Shown here: positions 28,986-39,645 of the stretch, one piece after another
Numbering within the stretch: position 1 is the first letter of the stretch
Layout of the letters: each line of letters begins with the position of its first letter
The notes under the pieces: model-generated
What the model was told of the DNA's origin: nothing
The model's database searches: none
The model's input: only the letters and a program-made list of their open reading frames with translations
Position numbers and translations under genes: made by a program
From: a virus
Lineage: Duplodnaviria > Heunggongvirae > Uroviricota > Caudoviricetes
IMG/VR virus record: IMGVR_UViG_3300006217_000002
DNA: 64,000 bases
Strand: one strand, 5' to 3'

Positions 28986-30908
28986 ATGGGAGTTAATGTT
29001 GGAGATAGAGTCCAAATAAGAGATGGTGGCATAGATGTTACTAACGGCAAGAAAGCAAGAGCAGGATATAGATATGGAGAAGGAGGTCCAGATTTTGCTA
29101 CAGTAGAAGCTATTGTAGAGAACTGGAATACTGGAGGTAGATGGGGTCTACCAAATAGAGTTACTAAAGTAAGATGCTCAAATAGTGGAGTAGTTGTATG
29201 GCAAGTCCAGCCTCAAGATATAGCTGGGCAAAAAGTAGATGCTTCTCAGCCAGCTCCAGTACCTGCAAAACCGGCTCCTCCTCCATCTGTAACTATACCT
29301 GGAAAACCTAGAGTTGAACCGTCTAGACCTACTAAAAAATATCCTAATTCAGCTATAGGAGCATCAAAGAATCCTTATGCTATTTTAAAAGGATCTGAAG
29401 TATGGTCTGAAGATGGTGGTGTAAAAACTCAACAAAATACAGATCTAAATACAATACCTGATGTCACTTTAGAGAGTTCAAAAGTGACAGACGAAACTGC
29501 ATTCAGAGGTACAGGAGCATATCCTGTAAGATCATCTTTTAAAACTATAGATGCAGATGGTAAAATGAATGCAGATCAGATAAAAAAGACAGGAAGCAAA
29601 AACGTTTCAATAGACAAGAAAATTCAAGTTTCCACATTTAGTACAGCATGGGAAGAAACTGATAAGAGAAATGAAATGCTTAATAAAAAGAAAGGGTTAA
29701 TTCAGAATAGTTATAATTTTCCTTTTTATGTTGGACAGAGCGGAAATCTTCCTGCAAAATACGATTACAGAATACTTGTTGGTGACCCTAGGTATACTCA
29801 CGGACCAACATACAATCTTGAAGATAAGTTAATGGAGTTAAGAACTGAGTTAGGTATTCCTGTTCATGGTAATAATCAAATTGCTAAAGCAATGAAATAT
29901 TATATGTATAATAGGTATAAAATACCTGACAAAAATCTAGCTCATAATAAAACCGTAACTCATGTATTCTTTACAAGACCAGATTTAAATTTGTTAAAGC
30001 AAGCTGCTCAAGGATATACAGCTAACGAGCAAATTATGAATCATACTGAAGCTGCAATGTTATGGAGAAGACATCCAGAATTATTTAAACTTCTATCTGA
30101 TAGATCTCATTGTGGAGATGAGAATAACTTCAATTTGTTATTGTCAAATCAAGTTCAATCTTTTGATATTCAGGATGAAACGTTAACTACTAATAGAGCT
30201 GGAAAATCATGGAATGAATATGAAATGCAATATGGTGATGCTTATTCTGGAAGAACAGCTGGAGAATTTTCATGTGAGTTTCTTGATACATCTGAGTTTG
30301 AAATTATTAACTTAATGAAGCTATGGATAACATATATTGACAATGTGGCCAGAGGCGCATGGTCTCCATCATATAGTCTGTCTGGAATGAGTAAGACTAA
30401 TATTAATGCAAGTCATGTATATTCAAAAACTCTTGATTATGCTTCGTCAGCTTACGTTTTCAAGTGTGGCCCTGATGGGGAAGATGTACTATATTGGTCT
30501 AAGTATTATGGAATATTTCCTATTAATACTGGTGCAAATGCATTGTCATGGAGTTTAGGAACTCCTATAGGCGATCCTCAGAAACTCAATATAAGATTCG
30601 CTTATTGTTATAAAAGAGATATGTCTCCGATTTCGCTTATTGAGTTTAATAATGCCTCTGGAGTAACAACCGATAATCCTAAATATGAACCTGCATTCAA
30701 TGTTAATTTAGGTCATACTGGAAGACCTTATGTTGGTGCACCTTTCATTGAAATAGATTTAGGATATCCATCTTTAACTTCTAATGATGTTAATAGAACT
30801 GGTAAGAGAACTCAGATAAGATTGAAATTTAGGAGAGATAATAAACAATCTAGATCTGACTCTATTCTATTTAAGGCAGAAGGAAGATTGAATAAGAATC
30901 AATTATAA
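28986..30908 (+). CDS. Virion structural protein (baseplate/tail-tube-like) with N-terminal SH3-like domain and Pro-rich linker
   Basis: HVFFTRPDLN motif, FSCEF.D...W..YI, YYGIFP; adjacent to the baseplate gene. Confidence 0.55.
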   Translation: MGVNVGDRVQIRDGGIDVTNGKKARAGYRYGEGGPDFATVEAIVENWNTGGRWGLPNRVTKVRCSNSGVVVWQVQPQDIAGQKVDASQPAPVPAKPAPPPSVTIPGKPRVEPSRPTKKYPNSAIGASKNPYAILKGSEVWSEDGGVKTQQNTDLNTIPDVTLESSKVTDETAFRGTGAYPVRSSFKTIDADGKMNADQIKKTGSKNVSIDKKIQVSTFSTAWEETDKRNEMLNKKKGLIQNSYNFPFYVGQSGNLPAKYDYRILVGDPRYTHGPTYNLEDKLMELRTELGIPVHGNNQIAKAMKYYMYNRYKIPDKNLAHNKTVTHVFFTRPDLNLLKQAAQGYTANEQIMNHTEAAMLWRRHPELFKLLSDRSHCGDENNFNLLLSNQVQSFDIQDETLTTNRAGKSWNEYEMQYGDAYSGRTAGEFSCEFLDTSEFEIINLMKLWITYIDNVARGAWSPSYSLSGMSKTNINASHVYSKTLDYASSAYVFKCGPDGEDVLYWSKYYGIFPINTGANALSWSLGTPIGDPQKLNIRFAYCYKRDMSPISLIEFNNASGVTTDNPKYEPAFNVNLGHTGRPYVGAPFIEIDLGYPSLTSNDVNRTGKRTQIRLKFRRDNKQSRSDSILFKAEGRLNKNQL

Positions 30909-30935
30909 AATAATAAGAAAGGAGTTGAAATATAA

Positions 30936-33869
30936 ATGCTGGAAAAAATTGGAAATAAAGACGTTGTAGTCCATAATTATACCAGTAATTTTGATGTAAA
31001 AGAATTCATCCAGGAAGTGTTAATTCCAAGGGCATTTCCTGGAATCCCTATGAATAAATTGAATGTCGGATTCAATGGTGTTATTTCAGAATACGTAGGC
31101 CAAGCTATAGAAGATTCGCATGCCACTGGAGCATTAATGCTTAATGAAGCTTTTATAACTAAAGCAATGCTACCTAAATCTATATATGCAGAAGCTTCAG
31201 CTTACGACTTGGGATATACTTTTGCTACACCATCTCGTTGTGATTTCGCACTTCAGTTATCTCTTACAGACGTAATTAGGTATTCAACAAGAGTTCCAAA
31301 TAGTAGTATCATGAGATATGTATTGGATAAAGATACAAAACTTATGCTTGGTGATAGTAATTACAAACTTGATTATGATATCATTATTGATCACATGATG
31401 CAAGATGGTAAAAGAATTTTCAAAATTTATTATGATATGACAGAAGAAAATTCAATATCAACTGTCACAAGTAAATATATTAAACACCAAGCTACAATTA
31501 TCGATTGGCTTGTATTATTCTTAAATCTCAGAGAATTTGACCGTAAGAAAGATGATGTACCTCTTACAGATAATCTCATCACTACTAATAGTGAAGTTGA
31601 ATTATCATGGACTGGTCAAATTGCTGGAATTGATTTGGTATATATAAATCCATACGGAGAACGTATGCCAATGAAAATGAAGATTGAGAATACTAAAGCT
31701 GACGTAAAACCATTTGTATGGTATCGATTTGAAAACGATAATAAAATAGTTTTATCATTCTCATCTAATGATGGATATTGGATGCCTGATTTTAACTCAA
31801 AGATTGAATATACTATTTATACATGCAGAGGTTCTGAAGCTAATTTTGATATGTATAATAGTAAATCTGGTGTACCTGTTCAAAAAACTGGTGAGAGATA
31901 CTCATACAATGCTAGTACAAAAATGGTAGCATTGTGTTATGGAGGATCTGTAGGAGGTATTGATAAAGGGGATGTGGAAGATCTTCGCAGTGATGTTATT
32001 ATTGCAAAAAATACTTGCGGATCCATATCAACAGCATATGATCTTCAGTTATGGTATGAACGATATGCGAATAAGTTTAAGTCGAGATCTAAGTTCTTTA
32101 AAAGAAGAGATGATCCATCTGGACAGTTGTTCTCGCAGTTCATAGCTATTACTAAAGATACCTATATCTATCCATCAAATACATTGACGATATCTGTAGA
32201 TCAAGATCAATTTGATTTTATTAACTCTAATGCAGATGGCGTTAATAAGGAATTCATTATAAAAGCTGGGCATTTATGGGAATATGATCAACACTTTATA
32301 GAGCAATCAGATATTAGGGTAAACGATGAAGGACATGTTGTAATGTCTGATAAATACGGAGATCTAGGTTACAGATTTGAAATCGATGATAGAGATCATC
32401 TGATGGTAAAAGTTCCAAAAGATACAGATGTTAATTTCTATATCGATGAAAATGGCCACCTTAAAGCTTCATATGACGTAGTAAGAAATAGGGTGAAGAT
32501 GGTCAAAGGAACAGATGGAATGGCTATGATATCTGACGAAACAATTCCTCCAATAACGGAAGAAAGACCATTTATGTTTGTTAACCCGTTCTCCATTAAA
32601 ATCAATAGAGACCCGTCAGTATCAATGAATTACAATTACTTGATTAACCATACATCATGGCCTGATGATGTTCCATTGAATAATGATTGCTTCTATCAAT
32701 TTCAGCTTGCAACATTTTCTATAGAAAGAAGTTTATCTCATAAATACAATAACATGTATCACATCGAAGTTATCTGTGTTCCTACAGTTAATTCGACAGC
32801 TACTCTTAAATATGTAGAAGGAATAGGAGACGATTTCCCTCTAGTTGATAACAATATGCGTTTAGTATTGATAATTCAGACTAAAGAGGATGGGGAAACC
32901 GGATATATTGAAATGACTCCTAAGGAGATAAGAGAAGCTGGATCAATACTGTTTGAAACAGATATCGCAGTACTCGATAATATAAGATCAGATAAGATGA
33001 TTGAAGTAGATCTTGAAAGAACTAAGAGTATGCATTCTCTGATTCTTCGTGGTCCAAGAGCAGGTAAAGTATTTATGGATTCTGAGGAAAGTAGTTTCCA
33101 CTTTGCAGTAATGATGAAAGACTCAACAGGTAAACTCACAACAGGTTTATTTGATGATGAATCATTTAAGAATTATACCATGGCAAATAGATTTGCAAAC
33201 GATCACAGAGATTTGATATTATATAAACCAATGAATATGATGAGATCTGTTATTAAGTTTAATGGAGAGAATGGTGATTATAATATTCAAGCTTCATTAA
33301 TGTCATTTCTTAAATGGGATATTCCATTTGATGATGAGAAGATGGCTTACTTTGTGCAAGCTTTTGCAAATCAATATAAAGCAATGGAACCAGTATTATC
33401 TAAGCTTGAAGGAAATGCTTTCTTGGACTTTAAACTGTTTAATTCGTATGGCAGGTCAAATAACTACTATATTGGTCCAAAAGATGGATCTACAGTACTG
33501 CGTGATTCTGATATTCTTCTCGATGATGTATATGTGAGAATTAAGTTAAAGATGGCCGTATATGATAGATCAATGTATGCTCAAACCGCAAATGAAGTAA
33601 TAAATGAAATAATCTCTTTCTTCAATATGCTGAATGATGGAGATAAAACAGATGTACATTTATCGAATATTATTCACAATATTGAATGTTACCATCCAAA
33701 TGTGAAATATCTAAGATTCTTAGGTTTCAATAATTATGATGCTAACAAACAATCCATATTCGTTAAGTATACAGACGTATCCGAACTTAAAGAAAATGAA
33801 TTGATGACCCATATCCCTGAAATGATAAGAGTCGATTCAAACAGTATTGAAATTACTGAAGAAATCTAA
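30936..33869 (+). CDS. Baseplate wedge-like protein
   Basis: NEAFITKAMLPKSIY, YTCRGSEANF, GGSVGGIDK...LR architecture resembles T4 gp6-type wedge proteins; 977 aa. Confidence 0.65.
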   Translation: MLEKIGNKDVVVHNYTSNFDVKEFIQEVLIPRAFPGIPMNKLNVGFNGVISEYVGQAIEDSHATGALMLNEAFITKAMLPKSIYAEASAYDLGYTFATPSRCDFALQLSLTDVIRYSTRVPNSSIMRYVLDKDTKLMLGDSNYKLDYDIIIDHMMQDGKRIFKIYYDMTEENSISTVTSKYIKHQATIIDWLVLFLNLREFDRKKDDVPLTDNLITTNSEVELSWTGQIAGIDLVYINPYGERMPMKMKIENTKADVKPFVWYRFENDNKIVLSFSSNDGYWMPDFNSKIEYTIYTCRGSEANFDMYNSKSGVPVQKTGERYSYNASTKMVALCYGGSVGGIDKGDVEDLRSDVIIAKNTCGSISTAYDLQLWYERYANKFKSRSKFFKRRDDPSGQLFSQFIAITKDTYIYPSNTLTISVDQDQFDFINSNADGVNKEFIIKAGHLWEYDQHFIEQSDIRVNDEGHVVMSDKYGDLGYRFEIDDRDHLMVKVPKDTDVNFYIDENGHLKASYDVVRNRVKMVKGTDGMAMISDETIPPITEERPFMFVNPFSIKINRDPSVSMNYNYLINHTSWPDDVPLNNDCFYQFQLATFSIERSLSHKYNNMYHIEVICVPTVNSTATLKYVEGIGDDFPLVDNNMRLVLIIQTKEDGETGYIEMTPKEIREAGSILFETDIAVLDNIRSDKMIEVDLERTKSMHSLILRGPRAGKVFMDSEESSFHFAVMMKDSTGKLTTGLFDDESFKNYTMANRFANDHRDLILYKPMNMMRSVIKFNGENGDYNIQASLMSFLKWDIPFDDEKMAYFVQAFANQYKAMEPVLSKLEGNAFLDFKLFNSYGRSNNYYIGPKDGSTVLRDSDILLDDVYVRIKLKMAVYDRSMYAQTANEVINEIISFFNMLNDGDKTDVHLSNIIHNIECYHPNVKYLRFLGFNNYDANKQSIFVKYTDVSELKENELMTHIPEMIRVDSNSIEITEEI

Positions 33870-33913
33870 CGGAACCATTTTAGTAAGACAATAAGAATAT
33901 AGGAGGTATATTT

Positions 33914-34996
33914 ATGGAAGGAGAAACCTTAACTCAATTTTATGACAAACTGAAATCACAGCTTGATGGTCCTCAGGGTGGTCAGGTGTCTCCAATGATT
34001 AATGTACAGAGAAACCCTGGAGGTTTAGATAAATCTCCTGGTGCATTAATGTGGAGAAATAAAGCTGCAAATCATGCTGAAGGACTCAAGGACAAATGTA
34101 GAAAACATATTCTCGTTGATATGTATTGTAAGATAATTCCTCTTGATGACGATTATGTATGCGGACATCATAGACAGATGCAAACAGACATTGATAACAT
34201 GCTTGATCGTAAAGGAATGACAGCTTCACAATATCTCACATCTTGTTATGAGTCTACTCATGCTCCTCTTCTTGAGTTCATCTTAAGATCCACTGATAAT
34301 ATTGGTAATAGCTATCTTGAAGATGCTAAAGAAACTCTTAAAGATGCTCAGGAAAATGATGTGAAATTATCAGAACCTAAGGAACCAAGTATCGAGGATA
34401 AGAATGTGGAAGATCAGTTGGTTGATATTACACAGGATTCAGAATATGAAACATTCATTGATAAGCTTAAACAGAAAACAATCAATAAGATTGTCAATGA
34501 TGTATCTAAGATAATTTCTGATAAGAAAGAAGAAAAGAAAATGACTTTCGATACAACTCCTGGAGTTGATAATCCTACAACTGAATCAACTGTATCTGTT
34601 GGAGTAGATTATCTCCAGAAAAATCTGTGGAATGAAAGTGCTTCTTTATCTCCTGCTGATCAGGAAGGAATGATTGGAATGGCAATCCGTGAAGCTACAT
34701 TACATCAGTTTGACGTTGTATTTGATCAGCCTGGCAAAACTTTAAAGGAATTCACATCAATGATTAACTTTGGCAAAGGAGCAGTTATTAATGAATCTGC
34801 TATTACTTACTTCAAAGAAAACGCTACTGAAAGGTACGAGCCTTTGTATAAGGAAGTAGATGGAAATAAGTTTGATATCTCCAATTTCGAGAAAGTAGAT
34901 TCTAGTGGAAACAAAACTCCTATGTCAGATTCAGAAGCAAAGTCCGTACTTGATCCTGACGGATACAAAAAATTTCAGGACCAAAAGAAGAAATAA
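33914..34996 (+). CDS. Putative virion head-associated protein
   Basis: AGGAGG RBS; several YES/NES/TES motifs. Confidence 0.5.
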   Translation: MEGETLTQFYDKLKSQLDGPQGGQVSPMINVQRNPGGLDKSPGALMWRNKAANHAEGLKDKCRKHILVDMYCKIIPLDDDYVCGHHRQMQTDIDNMLDRKGMTASQYLTSCYESTHAPLLEFILRSTDNIGNSYLEDAKETLKDAQENDVKLSEPKEPSIEDKNVEDQLVDITQDSEYETFIDKLKQKTINKIVNDVSKIISDKKEEKKMTFDTTPGVDNPTTESTVSVGVDYLQKNLWNESASLSPADQEGMIGMAIREATLHQFDVVFDQPGKTLKEFTSMINFGKGAVINESAITYFKENATERYEPLYKEVDGNKFDISNFEKVDSSGNKTPMSDSEAKSVLDPDGYKKFQDQKKK

Positions 34997-35007
34997 AATA
35001 TAACAAT

Positions 35008-35043
35008 GTATATCAGGAGGGGATTATACCCCTCCTGATATAC
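35008..35043 (+). terminator. Hairpin terminator
   Basis: 15-bp stem GTATATCAGGAGGGG/CCCCTCCTGATATAC. Confidence 0.75.
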
Positions 35044-35110
35044 TGAACGTATTTTCTATAAACTATTAACTTAATAATTTATACAATGCTATTTGGAAGA
35101 GGTGATATTA

Positions 35111-36886
35111 ATGGCTTCAATGACAGCAGTATTGGTATCAGAATTGATGCAACTTGAAGGATTACATGGTCAAGATCCTGAAACTGGAGCTGGTGTTCAT
35201 TCTTCGACTTCATATTTATCAGAATACACAAACAGAATTTTTGGCGCTCCGTACCAGTTATTAGATTCAGTAGACAGAAGATTTCCTTCTGTCAATGAAT
35301 ATGTAGGAAATGAATACTTGAGAAATTTTCTATTAAACAGTCCTATCTTGCATATTAAACCAGGATTACCTAAATATACTGGCAAAGAAGAAGGTCTGCT
35401 TGATAGTATCAAACAAGTATACATTGATACATCAAGTGGAAATATGTCATTTGCTTCTGCTCTATTAGAAGAAATGGCTAGTAGCACTATATTCGGAAAA
35501 GGATCACAATTACAAAAAAGAATGTTCGGTTTCCGTGAAACTTATTATCAATATATGCAGCATGTAAATTATATGTGTAGATCAATGGCATCATTCATAG
35601 GTTTAGTTAATAATACTAAATTTCCTAATGGAACATTTACGGGTGAATCTTCATCAATGAAACCATTTAAAACTATGAAGTGGGAAAATTACAGGATGCT
35701 AAGTAAAACTACAGTTACTACTCCATGGGATCAATTGCAAGAAATGGGAGGAGCAACATTAGTAGGAGCTGCTGCTGGAAGTGTTGGAGATATTATTGGA
35801 GGTCTTGTTACTGGTGTAAAAAAATCTGCAAAAGACACTGCAAAAGCATTAACTGAAATATTAGTAGGAGGAACTTCCGCTTCAGATGTACTAGGAGATC
35901 TTGGATCATCTTTAGCAAGTGATGCTGCTGAGACAGCTGGATCTATGTGGAGTGATGTAAAAGGCAATTTCAGCCATGCGCTTAGTACATCAATTACTGA
36001 CGTCGCAGTTGATAAAGTATCATCTGTACAATTTATGGTAGAACCAGTTCAGTTCGATGAAACGTTAATTAACAATGTAGAAGATTCTATGATTGAATCT
36101 GCTATTGACGCAGTAACAAAAGGAATTGGATCTGAAATAGCTTTCATTACTGGATCTAATGTTGATCTTGGTCTTGTAGAAGGAATTACTGATTTCCTTG
36201 GTAACACTTTAGAGAGTGCAGCAACTATGATACAGGGATTAGTAGAACCTGTGGCTGGAGGTTTCGCTTCCAATCTTTTCAGTGGTGCTTTAAGATCAAT
36301 AAAAGGACAAAAAATGATTTATCCAAAAATTTATAAATCGTCTGAAAGTACAATGAATTATCAGTTCACAATAAACTTGAATTCTCCATATGGTGACCCA
36401 TATAATTATTATATGAATATCGTGGTTCCTCTAATGCATTTAATAGCTCTCGCAGCTCCTAGAATGGTTACATCAAATAGTATAACTTCTCCATTCTTAG
36501 TACAAGCATTTATTCCTGGAATGTGTACATGTCAGTTAGGAATTATTCAGCAAATGAATATAAGTAAAAACCCTTCAACAAAACATGTATCAGTTCATGG
36601 ATTCCCTCTTGATGTAAAGGTAACATTTACTATTCAAGAATTATACAATGCATTATCCATATCTCCAGCAAATGATCCAGCATCATTTTTATTTAATGAA
36701 ACATTAAATGATTATATGTCTAATCTTGCTGGGTTAATGCCATCAGTAGATACTTATACTGAGCAAAGGAAAATAATGTTCCAAAATTTACAGAACTATT
36801 TTGAGAGTTCTGAGTACTTGAATGATATTGCAAATAACTTATTAACAAAAGTTGAAAATACTTTTAATCCATTTCAAGGAAGATAA
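35111..36886 (+). CDS. Virion structural protein (baseplate/tail-tube-initiator-like)
   Basis: GAGGTG RBS; PKIYKSSES..YQFTINLNSPYGD, SPFLVQA, GFPLDVKVTFTIQELY. Confidence 0.55.
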   Translation: MASMTAVLVSELMQLEGLHGQDPETGAGVHSSTSYLSEYTNRIFGAPYQLLDSVDRRFPSVNEYVGNEYLRNFLLNSPILHIKPGLPKYTGKEEGLLDSIKQVYIDTSSGNMSFASALLEEMASSTIFGKGSQLQKRMFGFRETYYQYMQHVNYMCRSMASFIGLVNNTKFPNGTFTGESSSMKPFKTMKWENYRMLSKTTVTTPWDQLQEMGGATLVGAAAGSVGDIIGGLVTGVKKSAKDTAKALTEILVGGTSASDVLGDLGSSLASDAAETAGSMWSDVKGNFSHALSTSITDVAVDKVSSVQFMVEPVQFDETLINNVEDSMIESAIDAVTKGIGSEIAFITGSNVDLGLVEGITDFLGNTLESAATMIQGLVEPVAGGFASNLFSGALRSIKGQKMIYPKIYKSSESTMNYQFTINLNSPYGDPYNYYMNIVVPLMHLIALAAPRMVTSNSITSPFLVQAFIPGMCTCQLGIIQQMNISKNPSTKHVSVHGFPLDVKVTFTIQELYNALSISPANDPASFLFNETLNDYMSNLAGLMPSVDTYTEQRKIMFQNLQNYFESSEYLNDIANNLLTKVENTFNPFQGR

Positions 36887-36899
36887 ACAAAAATTGGCT

Positions 36900-36938
36900 A
36901 ATATTAATAGAGCCCCATCGTGGGGCTCTATTAATATT
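36900..36938. terminator. Bidirectional hairpin terminator
   Basis: AATATTAATAGAGCCCCA/TGGGGCTCTATTAATATT between convergent genes. Confidence 0.8.
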
Positions 36939-36947
36939 TATTTAAGC

Positions 36948-37232
36948 CTAGAAGTCACGTGATTCTTCTAAATGTTCAGTCGCGAATTTCTGAAGCGATT
37001 CAATATTATTAGATTTGGATTTCATAATCTCAATAATATTAGAAATCTCTTCTTGACTCGAGACTATGTATCTCTTATCTGAGCATTTCAGAATGATTAA
37101 ATTCTGAAGATTAGAGTTATGAATAATTGCTGTATCATGACCTAATGTAACTTCCGTTATACCATCATCTTTCATTTCAATTTTTCCAACTCTGTTCATT
37201 TTAAATATCCATACAAACTTATGTTGTTCCAT
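36948..37232 (-). CDS. Hypothetical protein
   Basis: 94-aa ORF overlapping the upstream gene. Confidence 0.6.
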   Translation of the reverse strand: MEQHKFVWIFKMNRVGKIEMKDDGITEVTLGHDTAIIHNSNLQNLIILKCSDKRYIVSSQEEISNIIEIMKSKSNNIESLQKFATEHLEESRDF

Positions 37233-37467
37233 TGTTATCGATCTCCTCCCGTTGCCATTCTATGAATGGGTACATTCTTTGAAGATGCATCGTCTTCCCA
37301 CATTTAGTACATTTGTGTGGTATTAATGGAGGATTGGTCATAAGAGTAGGTGCTTCTCCAGTTGGATCAACAACCATTTCACCATCACCACAAAATTCAC
37401 AAATATATCTAACACCAATAGGCTTAACAGGAAATGTTTCTTCATGTTCCTTAGGTTGGTAGCTCAT
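37219..37467 (-). CDS. Zinc-ribbon protein
   Basis: CEFCGDG...HKCTKCG. Confidence 0.7.
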   Translation of the reverse strand: MSYQPKEHEETFPVKPIGVRYICEFCGDGEMVVDPTGEAPTLMTNPPLIPHKCTKCGKTMHLQRMYPFIEWQREEIDNNGTT

Positions 37468-37481
37468 AGTTTTTATTCTCC

Positions 37482-38606
37482 TTATACAAGATATTTCTGC
37501 TGATCTTCAAAGATGATATGATCAGTTGAAATGCAGTCAGCAAGTAATGGAATTGCAACCTCTCTCATCTGAGGATGTGCATGGCCTTCAGCTCTCATGT
37601 CAAAGAAATGTTTCATTTCTCCAAGGCGAGCAGTCATTACAAGTTCTGCTTTTGTAGAATGACTAAGGACTGATCTCGCCTGCTGAGGTACCCATTTATC
37701 TTCTTTGATATTAGTAGTATCAGATGATACAAGGTCTTCATAGATATTAGAGCTGTGAATAATTGAATCAAGATAGTCCAAAGTTCTATATGACAGATTG
37801 TGAGGGTTAGAAGCCATAAAGTACTGATCTTTCAAATAATCTTCAAGCATTTCATCACTCAAGAGAACTTCTTTATCATGATCAGATAACCATTCAGGAA
37901 GAATGTATGTGCATCCTTTCTTTCCATAGTTGACATACCTTGTACTTTCCTGAGCCCAACTTGCAGGACGATGACGTACAGCCTCATGAGTTACTCCGCG
38001 ATCTACAATGAACTTAGTTGTCATGAAATCATGGATAAGACGAATGTTCCTAGGCATAGATTTCATCTCACTACGAGAGATAAGTTTTACTCCATCATGC
38101 ATCTCGAAGTCATTAGGGAAATAGAATCCTTCCGGCATCTTAGTAATTTCAGAATAATTATCGAGCATGAATTTACAAATATAATGGAAGCAAGAAATAA
38201 CGCCAGGGTTATTATATGCCGCCGTATCCCATAGATAATTAATTGCTGTAGCAGATGCAGAGAGAATGTATTGTTTATCAAGATCATCGCTTCCTTTAAT
38301 GTTGCTTAATTTTACAAATGATACTGCATTTGCAAAATCATAATCGTCACAATGTTCCATCATGATTTCATAGAACTCGTCATAGAAACTCCTAGGTATA
38401 TAAAATGCAAAGATATAGTGCTCCAACATAGCCCAGTGTTTACGATCACGAATGTTGTTCAAATATTTGATACAACTTTCATCTGTAATTTTATCCTCGC
38501 TTTTGTAACATACTCTACCGATTTTTTCCAGATGTTTAAGAACCTCCATTTTCTCAAACGGTTCAGGAATAGAAAACCTTTCAAATACAGCTTCAATAAA
38601 TCTCAT
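37482..38606 (-). CDS. thyX: Flavin-dependent thymidylate synthase
   Basis: GRVCYKS, HWAMLEH, HEAVRHRPASWAQESTRY, ARSVL, AHPQMRE. Confidence 0.92.
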   Translation of the reverse strand: MRFIEAVFERFSIPEPFEKMEVLKHLEKIGRVCYKSEDKITDESCIKYLNNIRDRKHWAMLEHYIFAFYIPRSFYDEFYEIMMEHCDDYDFANAVSFVKLSNIKGSDDLDKQYILSASATAINYLWDTAAYNNPGVISCFHYICKFMLDNYSEITKMPEGFYFPNDFEMHDGVKLISRSEMKSMPRNIRLIHDFMTTKFIVDRGVTHEAVRHRPASWAQESTRYVNYGKKGCTYILPEWLSDHDKEVLLSDEMLEDYLKDQYFMASNPHNLSYRTLDYLDSIIHSSNIYEDLVSSDTTNIKEDKWVPQQARSVLSHSTKAELVMTARLGEMKHFFDMRAEGHAHPQMREVAIPLLADCISTDHIIFEDQQKYLV

Positions 38607-38608
38607 TG

Positions 38609-38845
38609 TTACTTCCTCCTTATTTTAGATTGAATATATTGTGGGTTCTGATGGCGATATAATATTCTCATACATTGAATATACATGTCGTCATCGATAT
38701 ATCTCAAATCATGTAAATCTACATGAATTTGACTCTTAGACATTAAGAACTCTTTAGCTATATCCCTTATACTGTCATTAGGATGATCCAATAGCCATTG
38801 ACCGACTTCACGTTTACGTTTTCTTATTTTGTATGCGTCATTCAT
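38609..38845 (-). CDS. spoIIID: SpoIIID-like sporulation transcription regulator (HTH)
   Basis: EVGQWLLD...SIRDIAKEFLMSKSQIHVDL..LRYID..MY....RIL..H aligns by eye with SpoIIID (IGKYIV...TVRVIAKEFGVSKSTVHKDL..RLPEIN....EVKEILDYH). Confidence 0.75.
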   Translation of the reverse strand: MNDAYKIRKRKREVGQWLLDHPNDSIRDIAKEFLMSKSQIHVDLHDLRYIDDDMYIQCMRILYRHQNPQYIQSKIRRK

Positions 38846-38847
38846 AG

Positions 38848-39528
38848 CTATTCCTCCTGTATAGTTACACCTAATACAGATTCAATTATCCTTTTAATAT
38901 GGCTAAAAAGTACGTCAGGATCGAGAGTTCCATCAACTATCTTAATATTCTCTCCTCCATTGTTAATAAGATAATCAATTCCGTATCTGTAAGATTCACG
39001 AATCTTACAGAGCTTCTCTGTATTTTCATATACAGTTACAGCAGAATCTTCTCTAGCAGCATGAATTCTATCCAATGCAACCTTAGGAGGAGTATCAATA
39101 TATATAGTGACATCCGGTCGTAAGAGATCCATATTGATCTTATTACGATAAACGATATCAAGTAGTGCCGGCTGATATTTGTCGGTCCTAATATACTGAT
39201 ATGTATCATATGCAAGCGAAGATAGATAATATCTATCGCTTAAAACATGAATTCCTTCATTCAAAATATTCAACATGCCATCTTCTTCATTGGTTATGTG
39301 ATCCAATCTATCAGCAGCATATAGCATGTTTATTACTCTTTCATCACATTTCCGCTTTCCAGAAAGATAAAGATTTCTTAATAACTTTCCAATAGGGTTG
39401 TCTGTACATTCTCTTGTTACATGAACATGGAAGTCATTATGAGTTAACAACTTCTCAATCTTTTTAACTTGAGTAGTTTTCCCACTCCCATCAATTCCTT
39501 CAATAACTATAAATTTACCACGCTCCAT
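38848..39528 (-). CDS. tmk: Thymidylate kinase
   Basis: FIVIEGIDGSGKTTQ, LYAADR, LSDRYYLSSLAY, RPDVTIYID. Confidence 0.92.
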   Translation of the reverse strand: MERGKFIVIEGIDGSGKTTQVKKIEKLLTHNDFHVHVTRECTDNPIGKLLRNLYLSGKRKCDERVINMLYAADRLDHITNEEDGMLNILNEGIHVLSDRYYLSSLAYDTYQYIRTDKYQPALLDIVYRNKINMDLLRPDVTIYIDTPPKVALDRIHAAREDSAVTVYENTEKLCKIRESYRYGIDYLINNGGENIKIVDGTLDPDVLFSHIKRIIESVLGVTIQEE

Positions 39529-39635
39529 TTTTAATACCATCCTTTCTTGTTTAAATATTTTTAGATACAGAGTTTTATCTACTCTATATAATTAATACTA
39601 ACTTTATAAATGAATATTTTCAACGATACTCAGAA

Positions 39636-39645
39636 ATAATATATA
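39636..39645 (-). promoter_or_regulatory. Putative early promoter motif TATATATTAT
   Basis: Upstream of the tmk-spoIIID-thyX operon. Confidence 0.5.

Noticed and set aside
132-36273. Numerous 60-190-aa ORFs antisense or out of frame within long genes
   Set aside because: Fully nested in better-supported genes, lack RBSs and have atypical composition
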